A stretch of 38,349 bases of DNA from Sphingomonadaceae bacterium (GCA_050261575.1 JBLNDL010000057.1:62001-100349), one strand, 5' to 3'; shown: positions 9,163 through 18,006, numbered from the stretch's first letter. The notes: a model not told the origin generated them from the letters alone. Made by a program: numbers and translations.

Positions 9163-9930
9163 ATGGTTACCCTGGTGTCGACCCTACACGACCCAACAGG
9201 GCGGATGGTGGACGCCGCCACTCGCCTCTACAGTCGCCTCGCAGATCTCTACCAGGGGGTGGTCGTGGTACCTACCTCCTCCACCTCCCCCAGGCTCCTG
9301 GATTCCCTTGGCGGTGCTGTGGTGCAGACCCTCGCGGAGAGCGACGGCAGTATCGGAGTCGGAAGACGCCATGCCCTGCGGCTGGGGATCGAGCTAGGCG
9401 CCGCCCACCTCCACTACTGCGATTTCGACCGGATCCTCCACTGGATAGGACACTACCCGCGGGAGTTGGCCTCGGTCCTAGAGGCGATCCAACAGCACGA
9501 CTACCTGATCATCGGCCGCACCGAGAGGGCGTTCGCCACCCACCCGCGCGTCCAACGAGACACCGAGACCATCACCAACCACGCCTTCTCCCTCTGGTAC
9601 GGAGAGCCGGTGGACGTGACGGCAGGCTCCTGCGGGCTCTCCCGACGCGCGGCAGACCTGCTCCTCCGACGCTCCACCGCGCCGACCAACGCCACCGACG
9701 CCGAGTGGCCCGCGCTGGTGAGGCAGGCGGCCGGCTACCGAGTCGGGAGCGTGCAGACCGAGGGACTGGAGTTCGAGACCCCCGACTACTTCCGCGACGA
9801 GATCGAGCAGGCCGGGTCCCTGGAGAGGTGGTTGGAGGAGAGGTCCAAACCCCTCACCGCCTGGATCACGCGAACCCGCCTGACCCTGGACTCCTTGCAG
9901 GCGGCCCTGGCGGTAATCGAGGGGAGGTGA
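9163..9930 (+). CDS. Hypothetical protein, possible GT-A-like fold
   Basis: LVSTLHDP start, HYCDFDR (DxD), IIGRT, DAEWP, GLEFET. Confidence 0.65.
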   Translation: MVTLVSTLHDPTGRMVDAATRLYSRLADLYQGVVVVPTSSTSPRLLDSLGGAVVQTLAESDGSIGVGRRHALRLGIELGAAHLHYCDFDRILHWIGHYPRELASVLEAIQQHDYLIIGRTERAFATHPRVQRDTETITNHAFSLWYGEPVDVTAGSCGLSRRAADLLLRRSTAPTNATDAEWPALVRQAAGYRVGSVQTEGLEFETPDYFRDEIEQAGSLERWLEERSKPLTAWITRTRLTLDSLQAALAVIEGR

Positions 9931-9997
9931 GCCAATTCCCCCGGAGTCTCGAAGGGCCCAACGCCACCATCGGGGACTGAGACCGGACGACGAGGCA

Positions 9998-10027
9998 CGA
10001 CACCACCAAGAGATCTTGGTGGTGTCG
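9998..10027. repeat. Perfect 14-bp inverted repeat in convergent intergenic region
   Basis: CGACACCACCAAGA-GA-TCTTGGTGGTGTCG. Confidence 0.7.
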
Positions 10028-10171
10028 CTCGGCAGATTCGACGGCTAGGGGCGGGGGCCCGCCCCCCGCCGCCCTCCAGTCGCAAGGCGCCCAGCTTGGT
10101 GATTGTTGGTGTCTCAGCGCCTTCTAAGCTCCGTCTCCATCGTCGTCAGGAGATGGGTTCGGAGGCTCAGG

Positions 10172-10732
10172 TCACAGCGTTCCGATTCCCGTCATGAAGT
10201 TGTGCTTCAGCAGCACGGGATCGGTGGGGATATCCGCCCGGGTGGGGCGGGCAGCGACCTTCGCCAGGACGAACCACGGTCCATCGACGCGCAGCGCCCG
10301 CGCCAGGGTCGCCTCGAACTCCTCCTCGTCCTTCGGCTCCGCAACTCGCGGGAAGCCCGCCCCTCGGGCCATCGCGGCCAGATCCACCCCCATGCCGGTG
10401 TGGGTTCGCTGTCCACCTGTCAACTGGAACTGCTCGTTGTCCCAGACCACGTGAATCAGGTTCCGCGGGGCCATCACGGAGATGGTGGCAAGCGACCCGA
10501 GATTCATCAGCAGCGAGCCGTCCCCATCCAGCACCACCACCTTCCTATCCGGCTGCGCCAGCGCCAGCCCCAGCCCGATGGAGGAAGCCATCCCCATGGT
10601 CCCGAGGCTGTAGTAGTTCTGGGGCCGCTCCGCGGCCGTCCACAGGTCCCTGGAGGCATTGCCGAGGTTCGCCACCACGATCTCGTCGGAGAGCAGCCCG
10701 ATCAGCCTCCTCGTGGCTTCCAATCTGTTCAT
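10172..10732 (-). CDS. TPP-dependent decarboxylase beta subunit (ComE / phosphonopyruvate decarboxylase-like)
   Basis: GTMG, DGDGSLLMNLG...WDN TPP-binding motif, TGGQ. ATGA overlap with the alpha subunit. Confidence 0.88.
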   Translation of the reverse strand: MNRLEATRRLIGLLSDEIVVANLGNASRDLWTAAERPQNYYSLGTMGMASSIGLGLALAQPDRKVVVLDGDGSLLMNLGSLATISVMAPRNLIHVVWDNEQFQLTGGQRTHTGMGVDLAAMARGAGFPRVAEPKDEEEFEATLARALRVDGPWFVLAKVAARPTRADIPTDPVLLKHNFMTGIGTL

Positions 10733-11235
10733 GGCTCCCGACCTCCCGTCAACTCCCGAGACAGCAGCAGCGCCACCGGCAGGTTGGCGCTGAACGCGGT
10801 GCGGCATGCCCTATCGAGGAGCGGCCGCACATCTTCCTCTCGCCTGAGGGTCGCATGCTGGATGGAAAGTAGATCGAGCATCGGCTCCAGGATTCTCCCC
10901 ATAGGCACCAGGAACGGGTTTGGCTCCCCAAGATCGCCTCGTGGGTTCACCAGCATCAGAAAGGGGAGCTGCTGAGGTATGGAGAGGGAGGCGAGGGCGT
11001 TGATGCTGTTGCCGAGCCCCGTGCTCTGCAGCAGCATCGCGCCCCTCATTCCCCCCAGGTAACCCCCCGCGAGGATGCCCACTCCCTCCTCCTCCCGAGT
11101 CAGCGGCACCAGGTGGAAGAAGCCATCCTCGTGAAGCATGTCGAGCAGGTCCGATAGGACGATATCCGGGAGATGGCAAATCAACTTGATCCCATTGGCC
11201 TTGAAGCCCTGTAGAAGCTCTGCCTCCCAAGACAT
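10729..11235 (-). CDS. TPP-dependent decarboxylase alpha subunit (ComD-like)
   Basis: LPD, TREEEGVGILAG, QSTGLGNSINAL, RGDLGE. Start ATG 11235 after SD AGGAGG. Confidence 0.88.
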   Translation of the reverse strand: MSWEAELLQGFKANGIKLICHLPDIVLSDLLDMLHEDGFFHLVPLTREEEGVGILAGGYLGGMRGAMLLQSTGLGNSINALASLSIPQQLPFLMLVNPRGDLGEPNPFLVPMGRILEPMLDLLSIQHATLRREEDVRPLLDRACRTAFSANLPVALLLSRELTGGREP

Positions 11236-11397
11236 GGATCCGGACCTCCTTTCTGTCGAACTGGCGATGGGTCTCATCGTCCAAGGCCCAGAATGTAACA
11301 GAAGGGATCTACCCGGTCCAGACGGCGGTGGCTCGGGGCTTGCTGGAGGCCTGGAAGGTCACGGCCCCGGTGCCCCGGACAGGAGCCCGATATCGTC

Positions 11398-13122
11398 ATG
11401 GACAACTCTACGCTGCTGGTCACCCTCGTTCTCGCCCTTGTGGCCGCCATCATCGGCGCTTTTCTGGCCGTGCGGTTGGGCCAATCGGTCATCCTGGGGT
11501 ACATTCTGGCGGGGGTGGCCATCGGCCCCTTCAGCCCGGGACTCGTCGGAGACGTCGCCACCGTACAGGCCCTGGCCGATATCGGGATCGTCTTTCTCAT
11601 GTTCAGCATCGGGGTGCAGCTATCCTTTGGCGAACTGCTGCGGACGGGTAGGGTGGCCATCCTCGGCGGTAACGCCCAGGTTCTCCTGCTGATCGCGCTC
11701 GGCTATCTTACGGGCATCCTTCTGGGGCTCTCTCCCCTGGAAGCCTTCGTCCTGGGCGCGGTGGTCTCCAACTCCTCCAGCACCGTGCTCACGAAGGCCC
11801 TGAGCGAGCGAGGAGAACAGGACTCGCTGCATGGCCACATCTCCCTGGCATGGTCCTCGGTGCAGGATCTGGGCACTGTCGCGCTGGTGGTAGTGCTCAC
11901 TGCCCTGGCAGGGCAGACCGAGAGGATCTGGAGCGATCTCCTGTGGGCGGTCAGCAAGGCGGGTCTCTTCCTGGCCGTCGTCGGCCCGATAGGCACGATG
12001 GTCTTCCCGTGGATCTTCGAGCGGGTGGCAGCGCTTAGAAACCGAGAGCTTTTCGTTCTTACCGTCGCGACCCTAGCCTTGGGGACGGCCTTCGCCTCCA
12101 CCTTCTTCGGCCTGTCACTCGCGCTGGGGGCATTCGTGGCCGGAGTGGTCGTGGGGGAGTCTGATCTCTCACTCCAGATCCTGGGTGAGGTGATGCCGCT
12201 CCGAGACGTATTCGCCGGACTGTTCTTCGTCTCCGTCGGAATGTTGGTCGATCCATCCTTCGTAGCGCAGAACCTCGACTTCATGCTGCTGGTGTTGGCG
12301 CTCATCGTCGCGGTCAAGGGGACGATCTCTGCGGGCATCACCGCCCTGTTCGGATACTCCCTCCGAACCTCGGTGCTCACCGGCGTGACCCTGGCTCAAT
12401 CGGCCGAGTTCTCCTTTCTGCTTGCCCGGGTGGGGACCGAGATCGGGATCTTGTCGGCCTCGCTCTACAGCCTGATCCTGGCGGGCGTGGTGGCGAGCAT
12501 GGTCCTTTCGCCCATCCTCCATCAGGTAGCAGCACCGTTGACCCGGTGGCTCGAGAGGCGACGCCCGCCAATACCCCTGGCCGAGCAACCTCCCCTCGAT
12601 CGTCGTCGACTCCGGGGGCTACGGGGGCACGCAGTGATCTGCGGTTACGGGCGAGTGGGACGGATCATCGCCTGGGCGCTCCGCCAGCGCGGCTTCCCCT
12701 TCATCGTAGTCGAGGAGGATCAGCGAATCGTGCGCCGCCTGCGAGAGCGCGGCGCCCAGGTCCTGCTTGGCAACGCGGCGAATCCAACCGTGCTCGAGCA
12801 GGTCGGACTGGACAGGGCTCGAGTCCTCGTGATCGCCATGCCCGATGCCCTGGCAGCCCGACAGATCGTCGAGTACGCCCTCCGTGCCAACCCGAACCTC
12901 GATATCGTGGTCCGCACCCATGGCTGGGAAGAGCGACGCTACTTTCTCAGCCGGGGTGTCGGGGAAGCGGTCATGGGCGAGTTGGAGCTCGCCTTGGAGA
13001 TGACCCGCCACACCCTGCGCCGGTTCGGTCTCAGCACCATCGAAGCCCAGTCCATCGTGCAGGGGTTGCGCAGACAGGTCGAGACGGAACCCCAACAGGA
13101 CATCGAAGAGATCGCTTCCTGA
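11398..13122 (+). CDS. CPA2 cation:proton antiporter with C-terminal TrkA-N (KefB/YbaL-like)
   Basis: GYILAGVAIGP, SSST, QD, LGAFVAG, FFVSVGM, Q.AEFSF; Rossmann CGYGRVG. Confidence 0.93.
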   Translation: MDNSTLLVTLVLALVAAIIGAFLAVRLGQSVILGYILAGVAIGPFSPGLVGDVATVQALADIGIVFLMFSIGVQLSFGELLRTGRVAILGGNAQVLLLIALGYLTGILLGLSPLEAFVLGAVVSNSSSTVLTKALSERGEQDSLHGHISLAWSSVQDLGTVALVVVLTALAGQTERIWSDLLWAVSKAGLFLAVVGPIGTMVFPWIFERVAALRNRELFVLTVATLALGTAFASTFFGLSLALGAFVAGVVVGESDLSLQILGEVMPLRDVFAGLFFVSVGMLVDPSFVAQNLDFMLLVLALIVAVKGTISAGITALFGYSLRTSVLTGVTLAQSAEFSFLLARVGTEIGILSASLYSLILAGVVASMVLSPILHQVAAPLTRWLERRRPPIPLAEQPPLDRRRLRGLRGHAVICGYGRVGRIIAWALRQRGFPFIVVEEDQRIVRRLRERGAQVLLGNAANPTVLEQVGLDRARVLVIAMPDALAARQIVEYALRANPNLDIVVRTHGWEERRYFLSRGVGEAVMGELELALEMTRHTLRRFGLSTIEAQSIVQGLRRQVETEPQQDIEEIAS

Positions 13123-13139
13123 GGAGGCAACAGCGGGAA

Positions 13140-13559
13140 ATGCGCGAGGAAACAGCGGCGACCAGCCTCACAATCCTGGTGGCATTGCAGGGGAACGAGA
13201 CGGACCGACAGGTGATTCGCATGGCCTGCTTTCTGGCTGGGGATCGAGGAGCCACGCTGCGCGTAGTCTACCCGATCGAGGTCCCGCTTACACAGCCACT
13301 CGAAAGCTGGAACGAAGAATCCGAGGCGCGCGCGCAGCAAGTCCTCGCCCAGGCTGCGAGCCACGCCGAGCAGTCGGGCTGCGTCTCTCGGGGCACGGTC
13401 ATGCCGACCCGAGGAGCATCCGGAGCAATCCTGGACGAAGCAGTGGAGTGGGCCGCCAACGCGATCGTCCTGGCGAGCCCCTTCAGATCCAGACTGGGTG
13501 ACGCCTCGTTGGAGGTCCTGAAGAGGGCTCCCTGCTCCGTTCTGCTGTGGAGACCGTAG
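13140..13559 (+). CDS. Universal stress protein
   Basis: ILVAL, AILDEA, AIVL, VLKRAPCSVLL. ATG 13140 after GAGGAGG. Confidence 0.85.
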   Translation: MREETAATSLTILVALQGNETDRQVIRMACFLAGDRGATLRVVYPIEVPLTQPLESWNEESEARAQQVLAQAASHAEQSGCVSRGTVMPTRGASGAILDEAVEWAANAIVLASPFRSRLGDASLEVLKRAPCSVLLWRP

Positions 13560-13623
13560 GGCCGGACGCCACCCACAGCATCATCAATCAACCGAAAGAG
13601 TGCAGGCGGTGTTACCTCCGGGT

Positions 13624-15324
13624 TCACCATAGCCTGCGCTCCACCCGGTGCTGCTTCACCACCTCGCCGATTTCGTCCTCCGGGACTCCGAACCTGGCCA
13701 TGGCGTGGCGAACGAACTCCAGGCCGGCCTCGAACTCCGGGCACACCACCTCGTTGGCCCCGGCTGCCAGGACGGCGTCCACACGCTCGGATCCATGAAC
13801 GCGGGCGACGATGGGCGCCGTCGGGTTCATCCTCCGCAGATGGCGCACCGCAAGCTCGACCGACGCGGCATCGGGCAGCGTCACAGCCATCAAGCGAGCT
13901 CTATGGACCCCGGCCTCCTCCAGCACTCGATCGTTCGCTGCATCCCCCCAGACGTAGGCCACCCCCTGGCGCCGCAATTGACTGATGACGTGAGTGTCCA
14001 GTTCCACCACCAGGTGGGGTTCCCCCCGCATCTTCATGGCGTGAACCATCTCCAAGCCGACGCGGCCACCCCCGCATATGACCACGTGATCCCGTAGATC
14101 CTGCGTCTCGACCCCCACGGGACCCTCGAACCTATCGGTGAAGGGCCGCCCGATCAGTGGGATGCGCCTCAGCAGAGCATGCAGGTTCCGACCCTCGTGC
14201 ACGAGCAAGGGGTTCAGCAGGATGGAAACCAGAGCCGAAGCCAGGATCAATCCGGACAGGTGGGAGTCGATGATGCCCTTCTGTTCGCCCAGGTGCGCCA
14301 GGACGAAGGAGAACTCACCTATCTGAGCTAGGCACAGCCCGGTGAATAGAGCCTCCCTCCCCGGATACTGGAAGAGCAAGGGCACCAAGGTGGCGATGAC
14401 CGCTTTCCCGACCACGACGGCAGCCACGATCAGCAGGACGCCGGAAACGTTGCTGGCGACGAAGAGCGGGTCTATCAGCATTCCCACGGATACGAAGAAC
14501 ACAGAGGAGAAGATGTCGCGCAGCGGGATCACCTCGGCCAGGGCCTGGTGGCTGTACTCCGACTCGGAGACCACCAGTCCAGCCATGAAGGCGCCAAAGG
14601 CCAGCGACAGCCCGAGGCTGTACGTGGCCAAGGCCGTACCCAAGGCAAGCGTCATCACCGCAAGCAGGAACAGCTCTCGCGATCCGGTGGCGGCCACGCG
14701 CGCGAGAGCTCTAGGGGCTATCCTCGTGCCGAGATACTGCGCCCCCAGCAGAATCGCCGCAGTCTTGAGCGCCGCCACCAGCAACGACGGCACAAGCCCG
14801 TCCACCGGCCCAGCCAGCGCGGGTAGTATCACCATCATCGGTACGACGCTCAAGTCCTGGACGATAAGGATGCCGAGGATTACCCGTCCGTGGAGGCTCT
14901 CCAGTTCCCCTCGCCCCATCAGGATCTTCAGGGCCGCCATCGTGCTCGAGAGGGCGATGACGCTTCCCAGAAAGAGCCCCTGAACCAAGCTCAAGTCAAG
15001 CAGAGGGGAGATCGCCAACCCCAGCAGGACGGTCGCGACGATCTGCAGGAGCCCGCCGCCGGTAGCCACCCCCCTCATCTCGACCAAGTCCGTCGGCGAG
15101 AACTCCGCCCCCAGGGCGAACATGAGGAAAGCAACGCCGAGCTCGGCCATCAACTGGACGTTGTGCACGTTCCCGACCGGGCCGGGGGTGTTGGGGCCGA
15201 TCGCTACTCCGGCCAGCAGGTATCCCACCACTACTGGCTGGCCGAGTCTGTGGGCGACGGCGCCGCCCACGAGGGCGGCAGAAACCGCTATTACCAGGTC
15301 GATCACGATCCCCAGGTCACCCAT
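13624..15324 (-). CDS. Second CPA2 cation:proton antiporter with TrkA-N
   Basis: GYLLAGVAIGP, LSST, QDL, FFVSVGM, QIGEFSF, CGGGRVG, PEFEAG. Start taken at ATG 15324. Confidence 0.93.
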   Translation of the reverse strand: MGDLGIVIDLVIAVSAALVGGAVAHRLGQPVVVGYLLAGVAIGPNTPGPVGNVHNVQLMAELGVAFLMFALGAEFSPTDLVEMRGVATGGGLLQIVATVLLGLAISPLLDLSLVQGLFLGSVIALSSTMAALKILMGRGELESLHGRVILGILIVQDLSVVPMMVILPALAGPVDGLVPSLLVAALKTAAILLGAQYLGTRIAPRALARVAATGSRELFLLAVMTLALGTALATYSLGLSLAFGAFMAGLVVSESEYSHQALAEVIPLRDIFSSVFFVSVGMLIDPLFVASNVSGVLLIVAAVVVGKAVIATLVPLLFQYPGREALFTGLCLAQIGEFSFVLAHLGEQKGIIDSHLSGLILASALVSILLNPLLVHEGRNLHALLRRIPLIGRPFTDRFEGPVGVETQDLRDHVVICGGGRVGLEMVHAMKMRGEPHLVVELDTHVISQLRRQGVAYVWGDAANDRVLEEAGVHRARLMAVTLPDAASVELAVRHLRRMNPTAPIVARVHGSERVDAVLAAGANEVVCPEFEAGLEFVRHAMARFGVPEDEIGEVVKQHRVERRLW

Positions 15325-15457
15325 ACTCGTCGCCCCCCTGTACCACCTGGCCGAGACTGCCACTCAGCCCAACATCCCGTGGCTCCACCGCGGAGAGCCT
15401 ATGGGTGCCTCATGCGGATCGCAAAACCGGAACTGTCCCGATACCACCGATAAAGGG

Positions 15458-15573
15458 AGTATAACCGCCCGCACCCCTTCGAACAAGTTGAGAGTTTCCC
15501 ACGCCTCGACCTGCCCGCCGGCGCCGTCTGCTATCAGTATAACCGCCCGCACCCCTTCGAACAAGTTGAGAGT
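15458..15573 (-). repeat. Exact 38-bp direct repeat x2 (15458-15495, 15536-15573), each containing TTGTTC-N17-TATACT
   Basis: AGTATAACCGCCCGCACCCCTTCGAACAAGTTGAGAGT twice, separated by 40 unrelated bp. Confidence 0.9.
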
Positions 15574-15586
15574 CCGCCCCGGGCTG

Positions 15587-15652
15587 TTGACTGCGAGGAC
15601 CGGTCTGCCTACAATTGCACAGAATTGCTCAGTTTCGCCAAGATACGCTCGT
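15587..15652 (+). promoter_or_regulatory. Sigma70-type promoter with overlapping 10-bp-periodic direct repeats
   Basis: TTGACT(15587)-N17-TACAAT(15610); then AATTGCACAG/AATTGCTCAG/TTTCGCCAAG/ATACGCTCGT. Confidence 0.7.
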
Positions 15653-15801
15653 TGCCTGGGGATACTGCTGTCCGGGCCCGCCGTCGTCGAGGGGCCGACT
15701 CCCGCCAGGTGACGCGGACCGGTGCGGCAGTGTATCACCTGGAGCCGCCGTGGACTCGATCGCGTGACTCCACTCGATGATGTGTCCGGAGGGCATGTGC
15801 C

Positions 15802-16440
15802 GTGACTACGCCACACTCGGCAACCACCAGGACGAAGTGGCTCACCCTGGAGCAGGCCAGCGAACGGCTGGGGGTTCACCCCACCACCCTTCGTCGATGG
15901 GCCGACGATGGGGCCGTGGACGCCTTCCTCACTCCTGGGGGACACCGCCGTTTCCGGCTGGCAGACCTGGAGCGGTTCGAGCAGGAGCACCACCTGAGCA
16001 GGTGTCCGATCGCCCCGCGGGGGAGATTGCTGGATCACGCCATAGCCCACACCCGCCACGACATTCCGAGTCAGAGGTGGGTTGCGGCTTACGGCGAGGC
16101 CGAACGCGAGACCCAGCGACGGCTGGGTAGGCGGCTGATCGGCCTGACCCTCCAGTACCTCTCTCGCAACGACGAAGGCAAGGAACTGCTCGCGGAAGCA
16201 CGCAACATAGGGGCGATGCATGCCAGCTACGCCCTCCAACGCGGCCGGCCGCTGTCCGACCTCTTGCAGGCCATCAGCTTCTTCAGGACCACCCTGCTGG
16301 AGGTGGCGCTGCTGGAGCACCCCCAGCCCACTCAGGCTCAGCGAGAGAACGGTGTTCGGATGCTGCGAAGGATCGAGACCCTGCTGGGCGAGGTCCAGGC
16401 CGGCGTCGTGGAACTCTATCAAAGAGGAGAGATCGGGTGA
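15802..16440 (+). CDS. MerR/excisionase-type HTH regulator with helical C-terminal sensor domain
   Basis: WLTLEQASERLGVHPTTLRRWADDG...TPGGHRRF; GTG start after GGAGGG. Confidence 0.88.
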   Translation: MTTPHSATTRTKWLTLEQASERLGVHPTTLRRWADDGAVDAFLTPGGHRRFRLADLERFEQEHHLSRCPIAPRGRLLDHAIAHTRHDIPSQRWVAAYGEAERETQRRLGRRLIGLTLQYLSRNDEGKELLAEARNIGAMHASYALQRGRPLSDLLQAISFFRTTLLEVALLEHPQPTQAQRENGVRMLRRIETLLGEVQAGVVELYQRGEIG

Positions 16441-16474
16441 GGCACGCCCCGGACGTCCTCCCCGCGGCAAGCAG

Positions 16475-17887
16475 ATGCACGTGGCCATCGTCGGCGGCGG
16501 CGTAGCGGGACTCGCCTCCGCCTTCTACCTCCAGGAGGGGGCGCGCCGGTCGGGCGCGCCCATCGACTGCACGCTGATAGAAGCCGACACACGCGTCGGA
16601 GGCAAGATCGTCACCCTTCGAGAGCGCGGCTTCGTCGTCGAGGCTGGCCCCGATTCCTTTCTGACTCAGAAGCCGTGGGCGGTGGAGCTGTGCCGCCAGC
16701 TCGGCATCGCGGACCGGCTGATGGGAACCAACGAGGCGAGCCGGAGGGTGTACATCCTCTGGAGGGGGAAGCTCAGGAAGCTCCCGGACGGTGTGCTGCT
16801 CGTGATCCCAACCCGCTTCACTCCATTCGCGCTCTCGACCCTGATTTCCCCTCTGGGCAAGCTCCGCATGGCGATGGATCTGGTCATCCCCCCTCGACGC
16901 GACCCGTCCGACGAAAGCGTCGCCAGCTTCGTGCGGCGTCGCCTGGGCAACGAGGCCCTCGATAAGATCGCAGAGCCCCTGATGGGCGGCATCCACACCT
17001 CCGACCCAGAGCGGCAAAGCCTGCTGGCGAGCTTTCCGCGCTTCGCCGAGATGGAGCGGAAACACGGCAGTCTGGTTCGGGCGATGCTGGCAGGCAGGCG
17101 AGCGCACGTGGGGAACGGAAAGGTGCTGCCCCCCTTCGTGACCCTACGGGGTGGCCTGGAAGAGCTGGTCGAGCGGCTGGCCAGCCGGCTGGACCGCACC
17201 AGGACCATGCTCGGCAAAGCGGTGCTCCACCTCGACCGCGGGAGCGCGGGCGGCTATCGGCTGCGCCTGAGCGACGGGAGTCAGATCGAGGCCGACGCGG
17301 TCGTGCTGGCCACTCCGGCTCGGGATTCCGCCGCATTGGTGAAAGGGATCGATGGCAAGCTGGCCGACCGGCTCCACTCGATCCGATACGTCTCCACGGC
17401 CACCGTGTCACTCGGCTACCGACGTGATACCCTGTCTCACCCGTTGAAGGGCTTCGGCTTCGTGATTCCGAGCAAGGAAGGACGGCGGATCACCGGCTGC
17501 ACCTGGAGCTCGACGAAGTTTGACGACCGGGCCCCGGAGGGATTCGCGCTGCTCCGCTGCTTCCTGGGAAGCGCCACCAACGAGGCACCCGCCCTGCTGC
17601 CCGAGGAGGAGATGGTTCGCATCGCTCGGGAGGAGCTGGCGGACATCATCGGTATCCACGCGGAGCCCTTGTTCTCCTACGTCCACCGATGGAAGGATAG
17701 CCACCCCCAGTACGACGTGGGGCACCTGGATCTGCTGGCAGAGATCGACCGATTGCGGGTCTCTCATCCGGGCCTTCACTTGGTGGGAAGCTCTTATCGG
17801 GGAGTCGGCTTGCCCGACTGCATCCGCAGCGGCCAGTTGGCCGCGGAGGCGATACTCAAACCAGGAGAAGTAGCGGTAGGGAGGTAG
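16475..17887 (+). CDS. hemG: Protoporphyrinogen/coproporphyrin oxidase (HemY/HemG type, FAD)
   Basis: IVGGGVAGL, GGKI, EAGPDSF, GFGFVIP, WSSTKF, PQYDVGH, GVGLPDCI. Confidence 0.93.
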   Translation: MHVAIVGGGVAGLASAFYLQEGARRSGAPIDCTLIEADTRVGGKIVTLRERGFVVEAGPDSFLTQKPWAVELCRQLGIADRLMGTNEASRRVYILWRGKLRKLPDGVLLVIPTRFTPFALSTLISPLGKLRMAMDLVIPPRRDPSDESVASFVRRRLGNEALDKIAEPLMGGIHTSDPERQSLLASFPRFAEMERKHGSLVRAMLAGRRAHVGNGKVLPPFVTLRGGLEELVERLASRLDRTRTMLGKAVLHLDRGSAGGYRLRLSDGSQIEADAVVLATPARDSAALVKGIDGKLADRLHSIRYVSTATVSLGYRRDTLSHPLKGFGFVIPSKEGRRITGCTWSSTKFDDRAPEGFALLRCFLGSATNEAPALLPEEEMVRIAREELADIIGIHAEPLFSYVHRWKDSHPQYDVGHLDLLAEIDRLRVSHPGLHLVGSSYRGVGLPDCIRSGQLAAEAILKPGEVAVGR

Positions 17888-17897
17888 TGTTACTCGA

Positions 17898-17972
17898 AGT
17901 CCTGCGTCCTGCATGCTGAGTCCTGGGCGCAGGCATCAACTCCTCAGGACGCAGGACTCAGCACCTAGCACT
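17898..17972. repeat. Inverted heptamer-array palindromic element
   Basis: AGTCCTG CGTCCTG CATGCTG AGTCCTG ... CAGGACG CAGGACT CAGCACC TAGCACT. Confidence 0.75.
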
Positions 17973-18006
17973 CCGAGGCCGGGCGGCCAGGGCGTGCCGC
18001 CAAAAC

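Noticed and set aside
15458..15573. CRISPR array
   Set aside because: Only two repeats, no degenerate third copy at the 78-bp period, no cas genes or AT-rich leader, and the repeat parses as a -35/-10 promoter.
15364..16488. 374-aa minus-strand ORF with an internal TLNLFEGVRAVIL repeat
   Set aside because: The peptide repeat is just the 38-bp DNA duplication; the rest is antisense to the HTH gene.
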